DNA of 64,000 nt from Gammaproteobacteria bacterium (GTDB lineage: Bacteria; Pseudomonadota; Gammaproteobacteria; CAJXQU01). The translations under genes and the position numbers were made by a program. Location: assembly GCA_965238175.1 (NCBI GenBank), contig CBDEGZ010000003.1, positions 768,001 through 832,000 of the forward strand, in the 5' to 3' direction. This document shows positions 1 through 10,756 of this stretch, in pieces. The notes beneath the pieces are model-generated. The model had not been told where the DNA came from. It searched no databases and saw only the letters and a program-made list of their open reading frames with translations. The stretch's first letter is position 1; the number at the start of each line of letters is the position of its first letter.

Positions 1-864
1 TCGGTGTGTCGCGAGAATATCTTTATCTTTACTGACGAAATAATCAGCAACTCTTTCTACCATATATACTGATCTGTGATGGCCGCCGGTACAACCAATA
101 GCAATGGTCAAATAACTACGATCGTCTTTTTCATAACGCGGGATCCAAGAGTCAAAAAAAGCGATTAACTCATTGCACATTTCCAACACCATAGGATATT
201 TTTCAAGGTAATTGATGACCTCTAAATCACGACCAGTGAAGTCTCGAAGATTAATATCCCAATATGGGTTCGGCAGACAACGAATATCGAATATAAAATC
301 AGCATCAGGAGGCGCGCCATATTTGAACCCGAAAGACATAATGTGTATTGATAAGGTTCCGGCCTTTTTTCGTGCTACTCTTTCCCGAACTTGCTCTCGA
401 AGTTGGTGAATATTGGTATGGCTGGTATCGATCTTCAGGCTAGAAAAATCTAAAAGTGGTTCAAGTATGCGGCGCTCTCGTGAAATAGCTTCTGCCAATG
501 AGACACTTTCACTTGAAAGTGGATGTCGTCTGCGTGTTTCACTAAAACGTTTTATTAAGACATTGTCTTCAGCACTGACAAATACCTGTTCTATTTCAAA
601 ACCGGATGCACGCAGGTCTTCTATCACTTTAGGAAATTGGGATAAATCTTCAGCAGGGTTTCTGGCATCTATTCCAATCGCTACACGCGAGTATGTTTTA
701 CCTCCATCCTTACGGATCTGGCCCGCAAATTCAAGAAGGAGGTTTACAGGTAAATTATCAATGCAATAGAATCCAAGATCGTCAAGTGCATGGAGAACCA
801 CAGATTTCCCCGCACCTGACATACCTGTCAGAATAATCAGTCGTTTTGCTCTTTGATTTATCAC
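1..864 (-). CDS. rapZ: RNase adapter RapZ (P-loop NTPase), runs off the left edge
   Basis: Not in the ORF track. Manual translation from GTG at 864 (GTGA overlap with hprK stop) gives MINQRAKRLIILTGMSGAGKSVVLHALDDLGFYCIDNLP and, near the C-terminus, YLTIAIGCTGGHHRSVY. Canonical position after ptsN/hprK. Confidence 0.93.
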   Translation of the reverse strand, partial: MINQRAKRLIILTGMSGAGKSVVLHALDDLGFYCIDNLPVNLLLEFAGQIRKDGGKTYSRVAIGIDARNPAEDLSQFPKVIEDLRASGFEIEQVFVSAEDNVLIKRFSETRRRHPLSSESVSLAEAISRERRILEPLLDFSSLKIDTSHTNIHQLREQVRERVARKKAGTLSIHIMSFGFKYGAPPDADFIFDIRCLPNPYWDINLRDFTGRDLEVINYLEKYPMVLEMCNELIAFFDSWIPRYEKDDRSYLTIAIGCTGGHHRSVYMVERVADYFVSKDKDILATHR

Positions 865-1880
865 AATGATTCGTTCTCCATCATTTGATGTTGGCGACAC
901 ATAAAGTCTTCTGTGGAATTATAGCCGCTTAATCGTAAGATATGATTACGTGTTGCACATTCTACCAACACAGCTAAATTTCGACCTGGTGCAACAGGTA
1001 AAGTAATTTCCGGGATATCTAAACCCAGGATATTAACAGAACAGTAACTTCCTTCTAGTCGATCAACACCTTTCATTCGATCACTGTCTAGACGTTCCAG
1101 ACGGATAATTAAACGCAAAAATTTATGTTGTTTAACTGCCCCTGAACCAAATAATTCACGTACATTGATAACACCTAACCCACGAACTTCAAGAAAATTA
1201 GTCAAGGCATTAGGACAAGTTCCATTAATAGTATCAGGAGCAATTCTTTTGAATTCTGGTGCATCATCAGCTATCAACCTATGCCCTCTTGTTATCAACT
1301 CTACTGCTAATTCACTTTTCCCTACCCCACTTTCACCAACAATTAAGACACCAATGGTGACGATTTCCATGAAAACACCGTGAATGGTTGAAACTTCGGT
1401 TAGTACGTTCGATAGGTAATAATATAGATCGCCAATCAATTTGTTACTTGATCTTTTAGATGAGATCAACGGGATCTGCATTTGGTCACAAAGATCCACA
1501 AGTAATGGGGGTGCTTCTTGTCGTTCTGCAAGAATGATCAAATCGGGCTCTAAACCCATTAATTTTTTGATAGCCTCTTCTTTGGAAATTGATCTTAATT
1601 CGTTTAGATAGCTGATTTCTGTTTTACCCAGAACTTGGATTTGGTTTGGATGAATCAAATTAAAATGGCCGATTAAAGATTTATTCGGCGATAACTCTAT
1701 TAAGGTATCTGTAGAAGTTTGAGTGGCCTCAAGATCATCAACAACACCTCTCACATCATCTGACAGGGAATCAAGAAGAGATATTTTTCTAGTTCCACCA
1801 ATACGGCCAGCTTGCCATCGTAAACTAAGCTCGGCTGCATGACTCTCAAACAATTTATTGACAGTAATATGCGAAGCCAT
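861..1880 (-). CDS. hprK: HPr(Ser) kinase/phosphorylase
   Basis: HGVF..., Walker A GESGVGKSE, LIADD, LEVRGLGVIN, PVAPGRNLA motifs. Confidence 0.96.
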   Translation of the reverse strand: MASHITVNKLFESHAAELSLRWQAGRIGGTRKISLLDSLSDDVRGVVDDLEATQTSTDTLIELSPNKSLIGHFNLIHPNQIQVLGKTEISYLNELRSISKEEAIKKLMGLEPDLIILAERQEAPPLLVDLCDQMQIPLISSKRSSNKLIGDLYYYLSNVLTEVSTIHGVFMEIVTIGVLIVGESGVGKSELAVELITRGHRLIADDAPEFKRIAPDTINGTCPNALTNFLEVRGLGVINVRELFGSGAVKQHKFLRLIIRLERLDSDRMKGVDRLEGSYCSVNILGLDIPEITLPVAPGRNLAVLVECATRNHILRLSGYNSTEDFMCRQHQMMENESL

Positions 1881-1937
1881 AGCCAGGAACCCCTAATTAA
1901 AAGTTCTTATATTCAATAGTATCGACCATACTGTAGA

Positions 1938-2393
1938 TCAGATCATACCTTCCGTCAGCATTGTCCAAATAATATTTGGATCTTGTTGAGTTCGTAGTTT
2001 GCCAAGAAATATGTCATTGCTAAACATTTCTACGAGCTGCGCAAGTATTTTCAAATGCTCATCCGTAGAATTTTCAGGTACTAACAATACAAAAAACATA
2101 TCCACAGGGAGATTATCGATCGCATCAAAATCTATACCCTGGCTTAGCCGTAAAAAGGTGGCCGTTGTCTTTGAAAGACCAGGCATTCTCGCATGCGGTA
2201 TCGCAATACCATTGCCAAGTCCGGTGCTTCCTAAACGTTCACGACCAAGTAATCCTTCAAAAATTTCAACACTGCTAAACTCGGAAATATGAGGTTCTAG
2301 TGCTTCAGATAGATGATCAAGAACAGCCTTTTTACTATTGAAATTTGCACCTAGTTCGATACAAGTTTCTGGGAGAATATTTTTCACTTTCAT
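1938..2393 (-). CDS. ptsN: PTS EIIA-Ntr nitrogen regulatory protein
   Basis: RERLGSTGLGNGIAIPHAR phospho-His motif; rpoN operon context. Confidence 0.95.
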   Translation of the reverse strand: MKVKNILPETCIELGANFNSKKAVLDHLSEALEPHISEFSSVEIFEGLLGRERLGSTGLGNGIAIPHARMPGLSKTTATFLRLSQGIDFDAIDNLPVDMFFVLLVPENSTDEHLKILAQLVEMFSNDIFLGKLRTQQDPNIIWTMLTEGMI

Positions 2394-2425
2394 TTAAATC
2401 GATCAACAACTTGAATTATAATTGT

Positions 2426-2752
2426 CTACTCAGGGTTATCTTCCCAATTTTCACGATGACCTCGATGATGATCTTTTAATTTTTCTTTATGTTTTATGAT
2501 CTGTCTGTCTAACTTATCTACTAATGCATCTATTGCTGCATACATATCTTCACTCTCAGCCTCAGCATGGATATCAGCGCCCGCCAAATGTATATTTGCT
2601 TCTGCCTTTTGTCTTTGCTTTACAACTTCGAGAACAACTTCGATTTTTGTCATATTATCGAAATGTCGTTCCATTTTTTCGCATTTGGTTTCTACATAAT
2701 TCCTCAGTGAATCGGTAATATTAATGTGATGGCCACTAAGATTTACTTGCAT
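2426..2752 (-). CDS. hpf: Ribosome hibernation promoting factor
   Basis: MQVNLSGHHINIT...DMYAAIDALVDKLDRQ; directly downstream of rpoN. Confidence 0.95.
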   Translation of the reverse strand: MQVNLSGHHINITDSLRNYVETKCEKMERHFDNMTKIEVVLEVVKQRQKAEANIHLAGADIHAEAESEDMYAAIDALVDKLDRQIIKHKEKLKDHHRGHRENWEDNPE

Positions 2753-2842
2753 AGATAACTCCTTCTATTTTGGATGTACCCCTCACTCATTGCGAGCGAT
2801 GGAAATAAACGCCTGAGCTCGATTTTTTCTTAAAAATACTAT

Positions 2843-4336
2843 CTAAACCAAGCGTTTGCGTTCGTTTGATGGTGGAATTGACATGGATTCCCTGTATTTA
2901 GCTACTGTTCTTCTCGCAACTTTTATGCCTTTTTCTACTAATAGATTTGCAACTTTACTATCACTCAGTGGTTTTGTTGCATTTTCTTCAGCAATCAGCT
3001 TTTTGATTACCGCTCTAATTGCCGTCGATGAGCATTCACCACCCATTGTAGTACTGACATGGCTTGAGAAAAAATATTTAAGCTCAAAAATACCACGTGG
3101 TGTGTGCATATATTTTCGTGTGGTTACACGAGAAATTGTGGATTCATGCATACTTAATGCTTCAGCAATATCATGCAACACTAGCGGTTTCATTGCTTCC
3201 TCACCGTATTCAAGAAAAGCTCTCTGTCGCTCGACAATATTGGTAGCCACTTTTAATAGCGTTTCACTACGACTTTGCAAGCTTTTTATAAACCAACGTG
3301 CTTCTTGTAAATGCGCTTTAAGTGATGCGTTATCAGGGCTGTTATCAGCTCTCTTTATCATGCCAGAGTATAACGAGTTTACTCGTAAACTGGGTACTGC
3401 ATCCGGGTTCAATTCAACCTGCCAGACACCTTTGTGCTTTCGGACATAAACATCAGGCACAACATACTCGGTATCTGATTCTGCCAAGTGAGAACCGGGC
3501 CGAGGGTTCATGGACTGGATTAACATTTCCACTTGCAACAAGGCTTCAGTATCCAGTTTCATACTTTTGCGTAATTGGGTGTAATCATGAGATGCCAACA
3601 AATCGAGATGTTCCGAGACAAGTTTTGTAGCCTCCTCTAACCATGCTGTGCCTTTATCCAATTCTCGAAGCTGCAATAACAAGCATTCACGTAGATCTCG
3701 AGCGCCTACTCCCGCTGGATCCAAAGAGTGCACATGGCCAAGTACCGCTTCAATTTCATCGTCATCTACTTCAAGATCAGAATCCATGACTAAGGTTTGA
3801 AGTATTTCCTCAAATGAGGCTGTCAGGTAGCCGTCTTTATCAATTGCATCGATAATCGCAAGTCCAATAGCCTTATCTTTTTCATTGAGAATGGACATAT
3901 TGATCTGCCATTCAAGATGTTCTGTCAAACTTTCAACTTTTGCGTTTCGAAGGTTTTCGTAATCCTGTCCGGAATATTCATTTGCAGAAGACGACAGTGA
4001 AGTTGTCGCATCGTAAGTATCTTCCCAGTCGCTATCGACTGCGAGTTCTTCAGGAATGTCTTCTTTACCGACTTCTCGGTCGGGAGTTTGGGTTTCAGCT
4101 GTATTTTGAGGATCGGCTTGTTCAGTTTCACTGTTCGTTTTTTGGTCAGCAGAATCAGATGCGTTGTTACCTGTACCGTCATCCTCATCTATTTCCAGCA
4201 TCATATTGGATTCAAGCACCTGCTGAACTTCCACACTCAGCTCCATAGTAGACAATTGCAGCAGCTTGATCGCTTGTTGCAATTGAGGCGTCATCGTTAG
4301 ACTTTGCCCAAGTCGGAGTTGTATTGCTTGTTTCAT
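2843..4336 (-). CDS. rpoN: RNA polymerase sigma-54 factor
   Basis: [13 protein letters not shown] region I, HESTISR HTH, RpoN box [10 protein letters not shown]. Confidence 0.99.
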   Translation of the reverse strand: MKQAIQLRLGQSLTMTPQLQQAIKLLQLSTMELSVEVQQVLESNMMLEIDEDDGTGNNASDSADQKTNSETEQADPQNTAETQTPDREVGKEDIPEELAVDSDWEDTYDATTSLSSSANEYSGQDYENLRNAKVESLTEHLEWQINMSILNEKDKAIGLAIIDAIDKDGYLTASFEEILQTLVMDSDLEVDDDEIEAVLGHVHSLDPAGVGARDLRECLLLQLRELDKGTAWLEEATKLVSEHLDLLASHDYTQLRKSMKLDTEALLQVEMLIQSMNPRPGSHLAESDTEYVVPDVYVRKHKGVWQVELNPDAVPSLRVNSLYSGMIKRADNSPDNASLKAHLQEARWFIKSLQSRSETLLKVATNIVERQRAFLEYGEEAMKPLVLHDIAEALSMHESTISRVTTRKYMHTPRGIFELKYFFSSHVSTTMGGECSSTAIRAVIKKLIAEENATKPLSDSKVANLLVEKGIKVARRTVAKYRESMSIPPSNERKRLV

Positions 4337-4364
4337 AATTTCAGATAAAACAGATCCTTAATCA

Positions 4365-4381
4365 TGATCAATTATTGATCA
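4365..4381. promoter_or_regulatory. Perfect 8-1-8 palindrome upstream of rpoN, candidate operator
   Basis: TGATCAAT-T-ATTGATCA about 30 bp upstream of the rpoN ATG. Confidence 0.35.
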
Positions 4382-4524
4382 GAATTTTAAATTTGTACGA
4401 ATAGGAATCTTTCCCCTGTAGAATACTCACTACTATCTGTATTTTATACTAAGTTCAAAAAGATAGCAGAGTATTCTCATGTACTTTTGTTAAAAATGAC
4501 TTCCAGCCTTCGTAATTGTTTTGT

Positions 4525-5250
4525 TTAAATCGTAAAATCATCACCAAGATACACTTTACGAACTTGCTCATTTACCAAAATCTCATCCGTACTTCCTGAA
4601 GCGATAATTCTACCATCACTCACTATATAAGCACGGTCACAAATTCCCAATGTTTCTTTGACATTATGATCGGTTATCAATACACCTATTCCACGATCTT
4701 TCAGGTGATTTATGATGTGTTTAATATCCGTTACAGAAATAGGATCTACGCCTGCGAAAGGTTCATCCAATAATATAAACTCAGGTTCACTGGCAAGTGC
4801 TCTCGCAATTTCGATTCTCCTCCTCTCACCACCCGATAAACTTCCACCCAAGGTATCTCTTACATGAGTGATATGAAATTCCCGCATCAACCCTTCGGCA
4901 AGTCGCTGCCTTTCCATTTCACCAAGCTCACGACGAACTTCTAATACTGCAAGAAGATTCTCTTCGACCGTTAATTTTCGAAAAACTGAGGCATCTTGTG
5001 GCAGATATCCTAACCCTAAACGCGCTCTTTCTTCTGTGGCAAGCGGGGTGATATCGATTCCATTTAACTTGATTATCCCATTTTCTACGGCAATCAGACC
5101 CACAATCATTCTAAAACTGGTCGTTTTGCCTGCACCGTTAGGACCAAGTAATCCAACCACTTCTCCAGCAGAAAGCTCTAAACTGACATCCTTGACAACC
5201 TGACGTGCACGATAACTCTTGGTCAGGTTTTTAACCGACAAAAGGCCCAT
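4525..5250 (-). CDS. lptB: LPS export ABC ATPase LptB
   Basis: [31 protein letters not shown]. Confidence 0.97.
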   Translation of the reverse strand: MGLLSVKNLTKSYRARQVVKDVSLELSAGEVVGLLGPNGAGKTTSFRMIVGLIAVENGIIKLNGIDITPLATEERARLGLGYLPQDASVFRKLTVEENLLAVLEVRRELGEMERQRLAEGLMREFHITHVRDTLGGSLSGGERRRIEIARALASEPEFILLDEPFAGVDPISVTDIKHIINHLKDRGIGVLITDHNVKETLGICDRAYIVSDGRIIASGSTDEILVNEQVRKVYLGDDFTI

Positions 5251-5261
5251 AAATTACCAGT

Positions 5262-5834
5262 CTAATTTTTCTTCTTAGGTGGCAAAATCACCCTGATACG
5301 GCCTGCATTATTATCCGCACTTTTCCCTGATGGTGTATGCTCTCCGGAAACCGCTTTTCGTGCGATCATTTTACTCTTTTCGGTATCGTATTCGATATTA
5401 TAGGCCTTAAACAATTTTCCATTCTGGAGTAACTCTGCGTCTTCAGTCAAAATTAATTTATTATCTGCCGCAAGATAATCTATTTTGATACCCTTACCAT
5501 CTATATCGCCTTTTTCCTGTTCATCAGGTGTTTGCTTGAAAGAGGCTGGATACCCTAGCATAGTCGCTGTCTTTAATGTGTTGTCATCATTGTAAATGAG
5601 GGTGAAACGTTCTCCATGGAGCGTCATAGATCCTTGAATAACAACTACATTGCCTGAATATACAGTTATCCCACTTTTATCATCTAGTTCTGCTGCATCA
5701 GCTTCAATCTTGATTGGCTGCTCTTGATCGGTTGATAAAGCCATCACCTCCGTGAAACCGATTAAACTTAACGTCAAAATTGTCTTTAAAATTATTTTTA
5801 AAATACACCCTTTAGCGTTTAGGCGAATTATCAT
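5262..5834 (-). CDS. lptA: LPS transport periplasmic protein LptA (true start may be slightly downstream)
   Basis: Signal peptide, ALSTDQEQPIKIEAD, GNVVVIQGSM, C-terminal GRIRVILPP. Confidence 0.92.
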   Translation of the reverse strand: MIIRLNAKGCILKIILKTILTLSLIGFTEVMALSTDQEQPIKIEADAAELDDKSGITVYSGNVVVIQGSMTLHGERFTLIYNDDNTLKTATMLGYPASFKQTPDEQEKGDIDGKGIKIDYLAADNKLILTEDAELLQNGKLFKAYNIEYDTEKSKMIARKAVSGEHTPSGKSADNNAGRIRVILPPKKKN

Positions 5835-6390
5835 AATGTCCCCTTACATCTTTGAGTAGTTTTAGATTTTGTTTCTCAAAATTGGCCTGCATTCCAACCG
5901 CTGTAACTTGAGTCTGACCTTGAATCATCATCACAAAATTGGATGTTTCTGCGTAATCTCCTTTTAGCAAAATTTTTAGATCCGTGGTGATCACTTCCAT
6001 ATCTTTTGCGATGTCAGGGTTCGCTCCTTCTTTATCACGCCAAATATATACTTTTCCGTATAAAAATAACTTCTCGCCATCACCACTTAACCAACCATTT
6101 TCCGCAGTTACGTGTATAGGTAACGTCTCATCTTTGTTATAGATCTGAATAACCGGTCTTTCTAACTCTACACTACCATCAAGTGGAAAATGTTTCATCA
6201 GGTCAGCATCTAGTTGTGTCTTAAGTTTACCGTTTTCATCCATGTCTGTGCGACGGAAATCCCACATGATTGAATCTGGCTCTCCCCGATCTTTTACCTT
6301 TACTACATCTTCTTCTTGTAAGGAGTTTTGAATCCAACTTGTCAATACTAGTAGAAGCAATAAAACAAAAACTGTTATCCAGCGGATCAC
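5812..6390 (-). CDS. lptC: LPS export protein LptC
   Basis: N-terminal TM helix, beta-jellyroll-like body, synteny kdsC-lptC-lptA. Confidence 0.88.
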   Translation of the reverse strand: MIRWITVFVLLLLLVLTSWIQNSLQEEDVVKVKDRGEPDSIMWDFRRTDMDENGKLKTQLDADLMKHFPLDGSVELERPVIQIYNKDETLPIHVTAENGWLSGDGEKLFLYGKVYIWRDKEGANPDIAKDMEVITTDLKILLKGDYAETSNFVMMIQGQTQVTAVGMQANFEKQNLKLLKDVRGHYDNSPKR

Positions 6391-6393
6391 AAA

Positions 6394-6927
6394 TTAATCC
6401 AACAGTTTTTTATACAGTGGTTCCAATAAGCCCTGAGCATCCATGATCAAATCACAAACCTCTCTTACCGCACCTCGCCCACCACAGCGTTTCGTGGTCA
6501 AATCAGCGTGTTGTTGAACGAACTCATGTGCATCGGCCACAGTAATGCCTAAAGCGACATGTTTGATCACGGGTAAATCAGGTAAATCATCACCCATATA
6601 AGCCGCTTGCTCCGCTGTGAAGCTTGTATCAGACAAGATTTTTTCGAACACAGTTAGTTTATCGCTGACTCCTTGATAAACATGATGAATACCTAACTCG
6701 CGCATTCTCTCTTCGACAATTGAAGACGATCTGCCTGTAATTATCGCCAACTCAAAACCGGCTTTTAATAGCATTACCAAGCCCTGCCCATCTTGTGTAT
6801 AAAAGGTTTTGAATTCTTCGCCTTTATCCCCCAAGATTAATCGGCCATCACTCAATATCCCATCAACATCGAAAGCGATTAATTTGATCTTTTTGGCACG
6901 CTGGGTTATCTCTTGTGACACTTTCAC
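6394..6927 (-). CDS. kdsC: KDO 8-phosphate phosphatase
   Basis: HAD DVDGILSDG, GDDLPD, GGRGAVREVCD. Confidence 0.96.
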   Translation of the reverse strand: MKVSQEITQRAKKIKLIAFDVDGILSDGRLILGDKGEEFKTFYTQDGQGLVMLLKAGFELAIITGRSSSIVEERMRELGIHHVYQGVSDKLTVFEKILSDTSFTAEQAAYMGDDLPDLPVIKHVALGITVADAHEFVQQHADLTTKRCGGRGAVREVCDLIMDAQGLLEPLYKKLLD

Positions 6928-7910
6928 TAAATAACCCCAGCACGTAATAAATCATGCATGTTTAAAACACCCTTGAGAGTTTGATCTTGATCAACGACAA
7001 CGAGTGCATTAATCCTCTTTTCTTGCATCAGTCTTAATGCTTCTGCTGCTAACATTTCTGCAGCGATTTTAGTTCCTCCACTGGTCATCACTTCACCCAT
7101 TTGTACTTTATGGACATCAACACCCTTATCCAGTGCTCGGCGTAAATCACCATCTGTAAAAATTCCCAAAATCCTTTTTTGATCATCAACAATAGTTGTC
7201 ATCCCTAATCCCTTAGCTGACATTTCAACCAACGCATCTGCAAGTGACGTCTGCTCACTTACCATCGGGATCGCTTGATCGGTATGAATTACATCACCCA
7301 CACGCAATAATAACTTCTTACCTAAAGAACCACCGGGGTGTGACAGTGCAAAATCATCTTCACTAAAACCACGTTCTTCTAATAAGGCAATTGCCAGAGC
7401 ATCACCCATTGCTAATGCAGCCGTTGTACTTGATGTTGGAGCTAACCCCATAGGACAGGCTTCTTTTTCGACACTGACATCAAGGTGTGTGTCTGCCGTC
7501 TGTGCTAGAGTCGAACTCGGATTACCAGTTAATGCGATCAAAGGAACCGCAAGCCTTTTGATCAATGGTAATAAAACCGAAATTTCTTGAGTTTCTCCTG
7601 AATTCGAAATCGCTAATACAACGTCCTGCGCGACTATCATCCCCATATCACCATGACTGGCTTCACCGGGGTGAACAAAAAAAGCAGGGGTTCCTGTACT
7701 GGCAAGTGTTGCTGCGATCTTACTACCGATATGGCCAGACTTTCCCATCCCGAGAACAACAACCCTGCCTTTACATTCAAGCATGTGCTGGCATGCTCGA
7801 ACGAAGCTATCATCCATCCGTTTTGCAAGATCTTTTAATGCATCTGCTTCTGTTTCTATCACGGCATAGCCCAGAGAAAGTAGGCGTTTTTCCTTATCTT
7901 TTAGCGTCAT
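6927..7910 (-). CDS. kdsD: Arabinose-5-phosphate isomerase (KpsF/GutQ; SIS + CBS)
   Basis: GMGKSGHIG, HPGEASHGD, APTSST, HPGGSLG. Confidence 0.96.
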   Translation of the reverse strand: MTLKDKEKRLLSLGYAVIETEADALKDLAKRMDDSFVRACQHMLECKGRVVVLGMGKSGHIGSKIAATLASTGTPAFFVHPGEASHGDMGMIVAQDVVLAISNSGETQEISVLLPLIKRLAVPLIALTGNPSSTLAQTADTHLDVSVEKEACPMGLAPTSSTTAALAMGDALAIALLEERGFSEDDFALSHPGGSLGKKLLLRVGDVIHTDQAIPMVSEQTSLADALVEMSAKGLGMTTIVDDQKRILGIFTDGDLRRALDKGVDVHKVQMGEVMTSGGTKIAAEMLAAEALRLMQEKRINALVVVDQDQTLKGVLNMHDLLRAGVI

Positions 7911-7914
7911 AAAA

Positions 7915-8877
7915 CTACCCTGATCGAAATAGTACGAATTGATAGATCACAAAAGCAACCAATAAAATGGCACCATGAAGCTTCGTTATTTTACCTGCCT
8001 TTCGAAATCCATAAGACATAAAAAACATCAAAACACTTAAAAACAGCATAATTGGAAAATCGCGCGTTAATACATCACCATTAACCGTTGCAGGATGAAT
8101 TAAGCCCGGTACACTCAAAACGCCCAACATATTGAACATATTTGATCCAATAATATTACCTAACGCCATATCTTGCTCACCTTTGAGAGCACTCATCAAA
8201 GAGGCTGCAAGTTCCGGTAAGCTGGTTCCAACGGCGACAATCGTCAGGCCGATGATCAAATCACTCACCCCCCAAAACTGGGCAATGTTTGATGCACCTT
8301 TAACTAAGGCTTGAGAACCGACAAACAATAGTATGGAGCCTAATATCAACCAAAATACAGCAGCATTAGTAGAAAGATCATTCTCTAACTCTTCTTCAAA
8401 ATCTAATTTTATTGGATCATCCACCGCCGATTTCTTACCGAGAAAAACGGTAACCGCAATCATCAAAAACATTCCAAACAATAAAATAGCACCATCCAGT
8501 CGGCTTAGGTCACCATCAAGCAATAAACCATAAGCCAAAAATAAGGCAACAAACATCATTGGAAATTCGCGTTTGATCGTCCCAGAATTAACCAGCAAAG
8601 GAGACATAAGTGCCGTCGCACCTAAAACCAACGCAATATTAGTAATATTTGATCCAATTGCATTACCAATCGCTAATCCAGTTTTCCCATCCCAGGCAGC
8701 AACGCCGGCAACCAACATCTCTGGGACAGAAGTCGCGAATGCAACGATTGTCAACCCGATAATCAATGGTGACATTCCAAACTTGGCACCCACACTAGAA
8801 GCACCAATCACAAAACGATCAGCGCCATAAGTCAGTAATGCCAGACCAATTAAAACAGCAAGCGTATTTATTAACAT
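7915..8877 (-). CDS. yrbG: Ca2+/Na+ antiporter (YrbG family)
   Basis: Two alpha repeats ATSVPE...GNAIGSN and GTSLPE...GNIIGSN; upstream of kdsD. Confidence 0.9.
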   Translation of the reverse strand: MLINTLAVLIGLALLTYGADRFVIGASSVGAKFGMSPLIIGLTIVAFATSVPEMLVAGVAAWDGKTGLAIGNAIGSNITNIALVLGATALMSPLLVNSGTIKREFPMMFVALFLAYGLLLDGDLSRLDGAILLFGMFLMIAVTVFLGKKSAVDDPIKLDFEEELENDLSTNAAVFWLILGSILLFVGSQALVKGASNIAQFWGVSDLIIGLTIVAVGTSLPELAASLMSALKGEQDMALGNIIGSNMFNMLGVLSVPGLIHPATVNGDVLTRDFPIMLFLSVLMFFMSYGFRKAGKITKLHGAILLVAFVIYQFVLFRSG

Positions 8878-8997
8878 CCGCCCATTATCTCAGATTTTGA
8901 AACAAATCCGGCAGATTTAAAGATTTTTTTGCCGATTACTCCAATAAAACGAAATTACGAGATGGCAGAATTTTCGTATCTACGTAAAATGCCGCGC

Positions 8998-9999
8998 ATG
9001 GATACTCGACGGCAAGCAATAAAACGATGGTTAGAAGATGACTTAAAAATCAAAAATTACACCATCGAACCAGCCTCTGCAGATGCCAGTTTTCGCCGTT
9101 ATTTTCGGATCAAAACCAAAGATCAAAGCTTGATCATTATGGACGCTCCACCTGATAAAGAGGATTGTTCTCCCTTTGTTGACATCACAAACCGTCTGTT
9201 AAAAATTGGCCTCAACTCTCCTGAAGTAAAAGCACACGATATAGAAAACGGATTCCTTTTATTATCTGATCTAGGCCAAGTCATGTATTTGGACAAGCTC
9301 GATGATGACAATGCTGACACCCTTTATAAAGCAGCTATCGACTCACTGATCAAAATGCAAACTCAGGCTGATATCAATAAACTTCCAGAATATGATCAAC
9401 AATTATTGGATCAAGAAATGCAGCTTTTTCCAGACTGGTTGTTAAAACAATATCTCGGAATATCCAACGAATGGTTAGGAGATATTTTTAGTTTTGTTAG
9501 CCAATCAGCGTTGCAACAGCCTCATGTTTTTGTACACCGTGACTACCATTCCAGAAACCTGACATGGCAGCCTAATCAAGAACCCGGGATCCTCGATTTT
9601 CAAGACGCAGTTCTTGGTCCGATAAGTTACGATCTTGTCTCACTATTGCGTGACTGCTACATCCAGTGGCCGCAAGAGCGTATTGTCACCTGGGTGAAAT
9701 ATTATTGTGAGACGATGCGAAAAAAAGGCTTGTTAACAGAAATTTCAGATGAGGAATTTCTTCGCTGGTTTGATCTGATGGGAATCCAAAGACACCTGAA
9801 GGCCAGCGGTATTTTTGCCCGGCTGTGGCTCCGCGATGGTAAACAAGGATATTTAAAAGACATCCCACGCACTTTAAATTACATAATTGAAACCAGCGGC
9901 CGATACCCTGAATTACAGGAACTAGAATCAAAGCAAACGGATGAAATTTTGCCCGCAATACTCAGTAAGGAATTGCACAACAAGGAAAATTTAGTATGA
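8998..9999 (+). CDS. amgK: Anomeric MurNAc/GlcNAc kinase AmgK (start uncertain; ORF open from 8929)
   Basis: ASADASFRRYFR, HRDYHSRNL, LDFQDA, QRHLKASGIFARL; paired with murU. Confidence 0.9.
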   Translation: MDTRRQAIKRWLEDDLKIKNYTIEPASADASFRRYFRIKTKDQSLIIMDAPPDKEDCSPFVDITNRLLKIGLNSPEVKAHDIENGFLLLSDLGQVMYLDKLDDDNADTLYKAAIDSLIKMQTQADINKLPEYDQQLLDQEMQLFPDWLLKQYLGISNEWLGDIFSFVSQSALQQPHVFVHRDYHSRNLTWQPNQEPGILDFQDAVLGPISYDLVSLLRDCYIQWPQERIVTWVKYYCETMRKKGLLTEISDEEFLRWFDLMGIQRHLKASGIFARLWLRDGKQGYLKDIPRTLNYIIETSGRYPELQELESKQTDEILPAILSKELHNKENLV

Positions 10000-10688
10000 A
10001 AGCAATGATACTTGCAGCAGGTCATGGTAAGCGTATGGGTGAGCTAACCGCAAAAACACCCAAACCATTGCTCAAGCTTGGATCAAATCCAAACAGTAAA
10101 ACACTGATCGAACACCATATCGAAAGACTCGTCAAAGCCGGCGTCACCAATATTGTAATCAACCGTGCACAACATTCTGAACAATTTGAGAATGTATTAG
10201 GTCACGGTGAAAAACTCGGTGCGAAACTTAGCTATTCAGACGAAGGTGATCAGCCACTAGAAACAGGTGGCGGGATATACAAGGCGCTTCCATTGCTCAG
10301 TGATTCCAGCTTCATGGTCATTAACGGTGATATCTGGTGTGACTATCCCATTGAAAATTTACTGCATGATCCTGAAGGTCTTGCCCATTTAGTTCTTGTA
10401 TCCAATCCAGAACATAATCCCAAAGGTGATTTTGCATTAGAAAAAAGTAATGATGAGAAACATCAACGTACTCGGCTTGAAGGAGCAGAAAAATATACTT
10501 TCAGCGGCCTCGCCATTTATCGTCCAGAACTGTTTGACGAATGCAGCGAAGGCAGCTTCTCGCTTGCCCCGATTCTACGTCATGCTATCTCGCAAGATTT
10601 GGTTGCAGGAGAATTATATCAAGGCGAATGGCGAGATATTGGAACACCGGAACGACTGGCTGAGCTGGCTGAATTGATTGAAAGTTGA
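9996..10688 (+). CDS. murU: MurNAc-alpha-1-phosphate uridylyltransferase
   Basis: MKAMILAAGHGKRM...PKPLL, LETGGGI, NPEHNPKGDF, DIGTPERL. Confidence 0.92.
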   Translation: MKAMILAAGHGKRMGELTAKTPKPLLKLGSNPNSKTLIEHHIERLVKAGVTNIVINRAQHSEQFENVLGHGEKLGAKLSYSDEGDQPLETGGGIYKALPLLSDSSFMVINGDIWCDYPIENLLHDPEGLAHLVLVSNPEHNPKGDFALEKSNDEKHQRTRLEGAEKYTFSGLAIYRPELFDECSEGSFSLAPILRHAISQDLVAGELYQGEWRDIGTPERLAELAELIES

Positions 10689-10706
10689 TCGAAAAAATTA
10701 ACACAT

Positions 10707-10736
10707 AAAAAAAGCCCGCGTAAAACGGGCTTTTTT
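10707..10736. terminator. Bidirectional intrinsic terminator between murU and the pilin gene
   Basis: AAAAAAA-GCCCG-cgtaaaa-CGGGC-TTTTTT between convergent genes. Confidence 0.85.
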
Positions 10737-10756
10737 ATTAATTCTTAATTAAAATT

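Noticed and set aside
212-769. Two plus-strand ORFs (65 and 118 aa)
   Set aside because: Antisense shadows of rapZ, which the ORF track missed because it runs off the window edge
2856-3449. 197-aa plus-strand ORF, and the many similar short antisense ORFs across the window
   Set aside because: They lie opposite well-conserved genes and have no RBS or recognisable motifs
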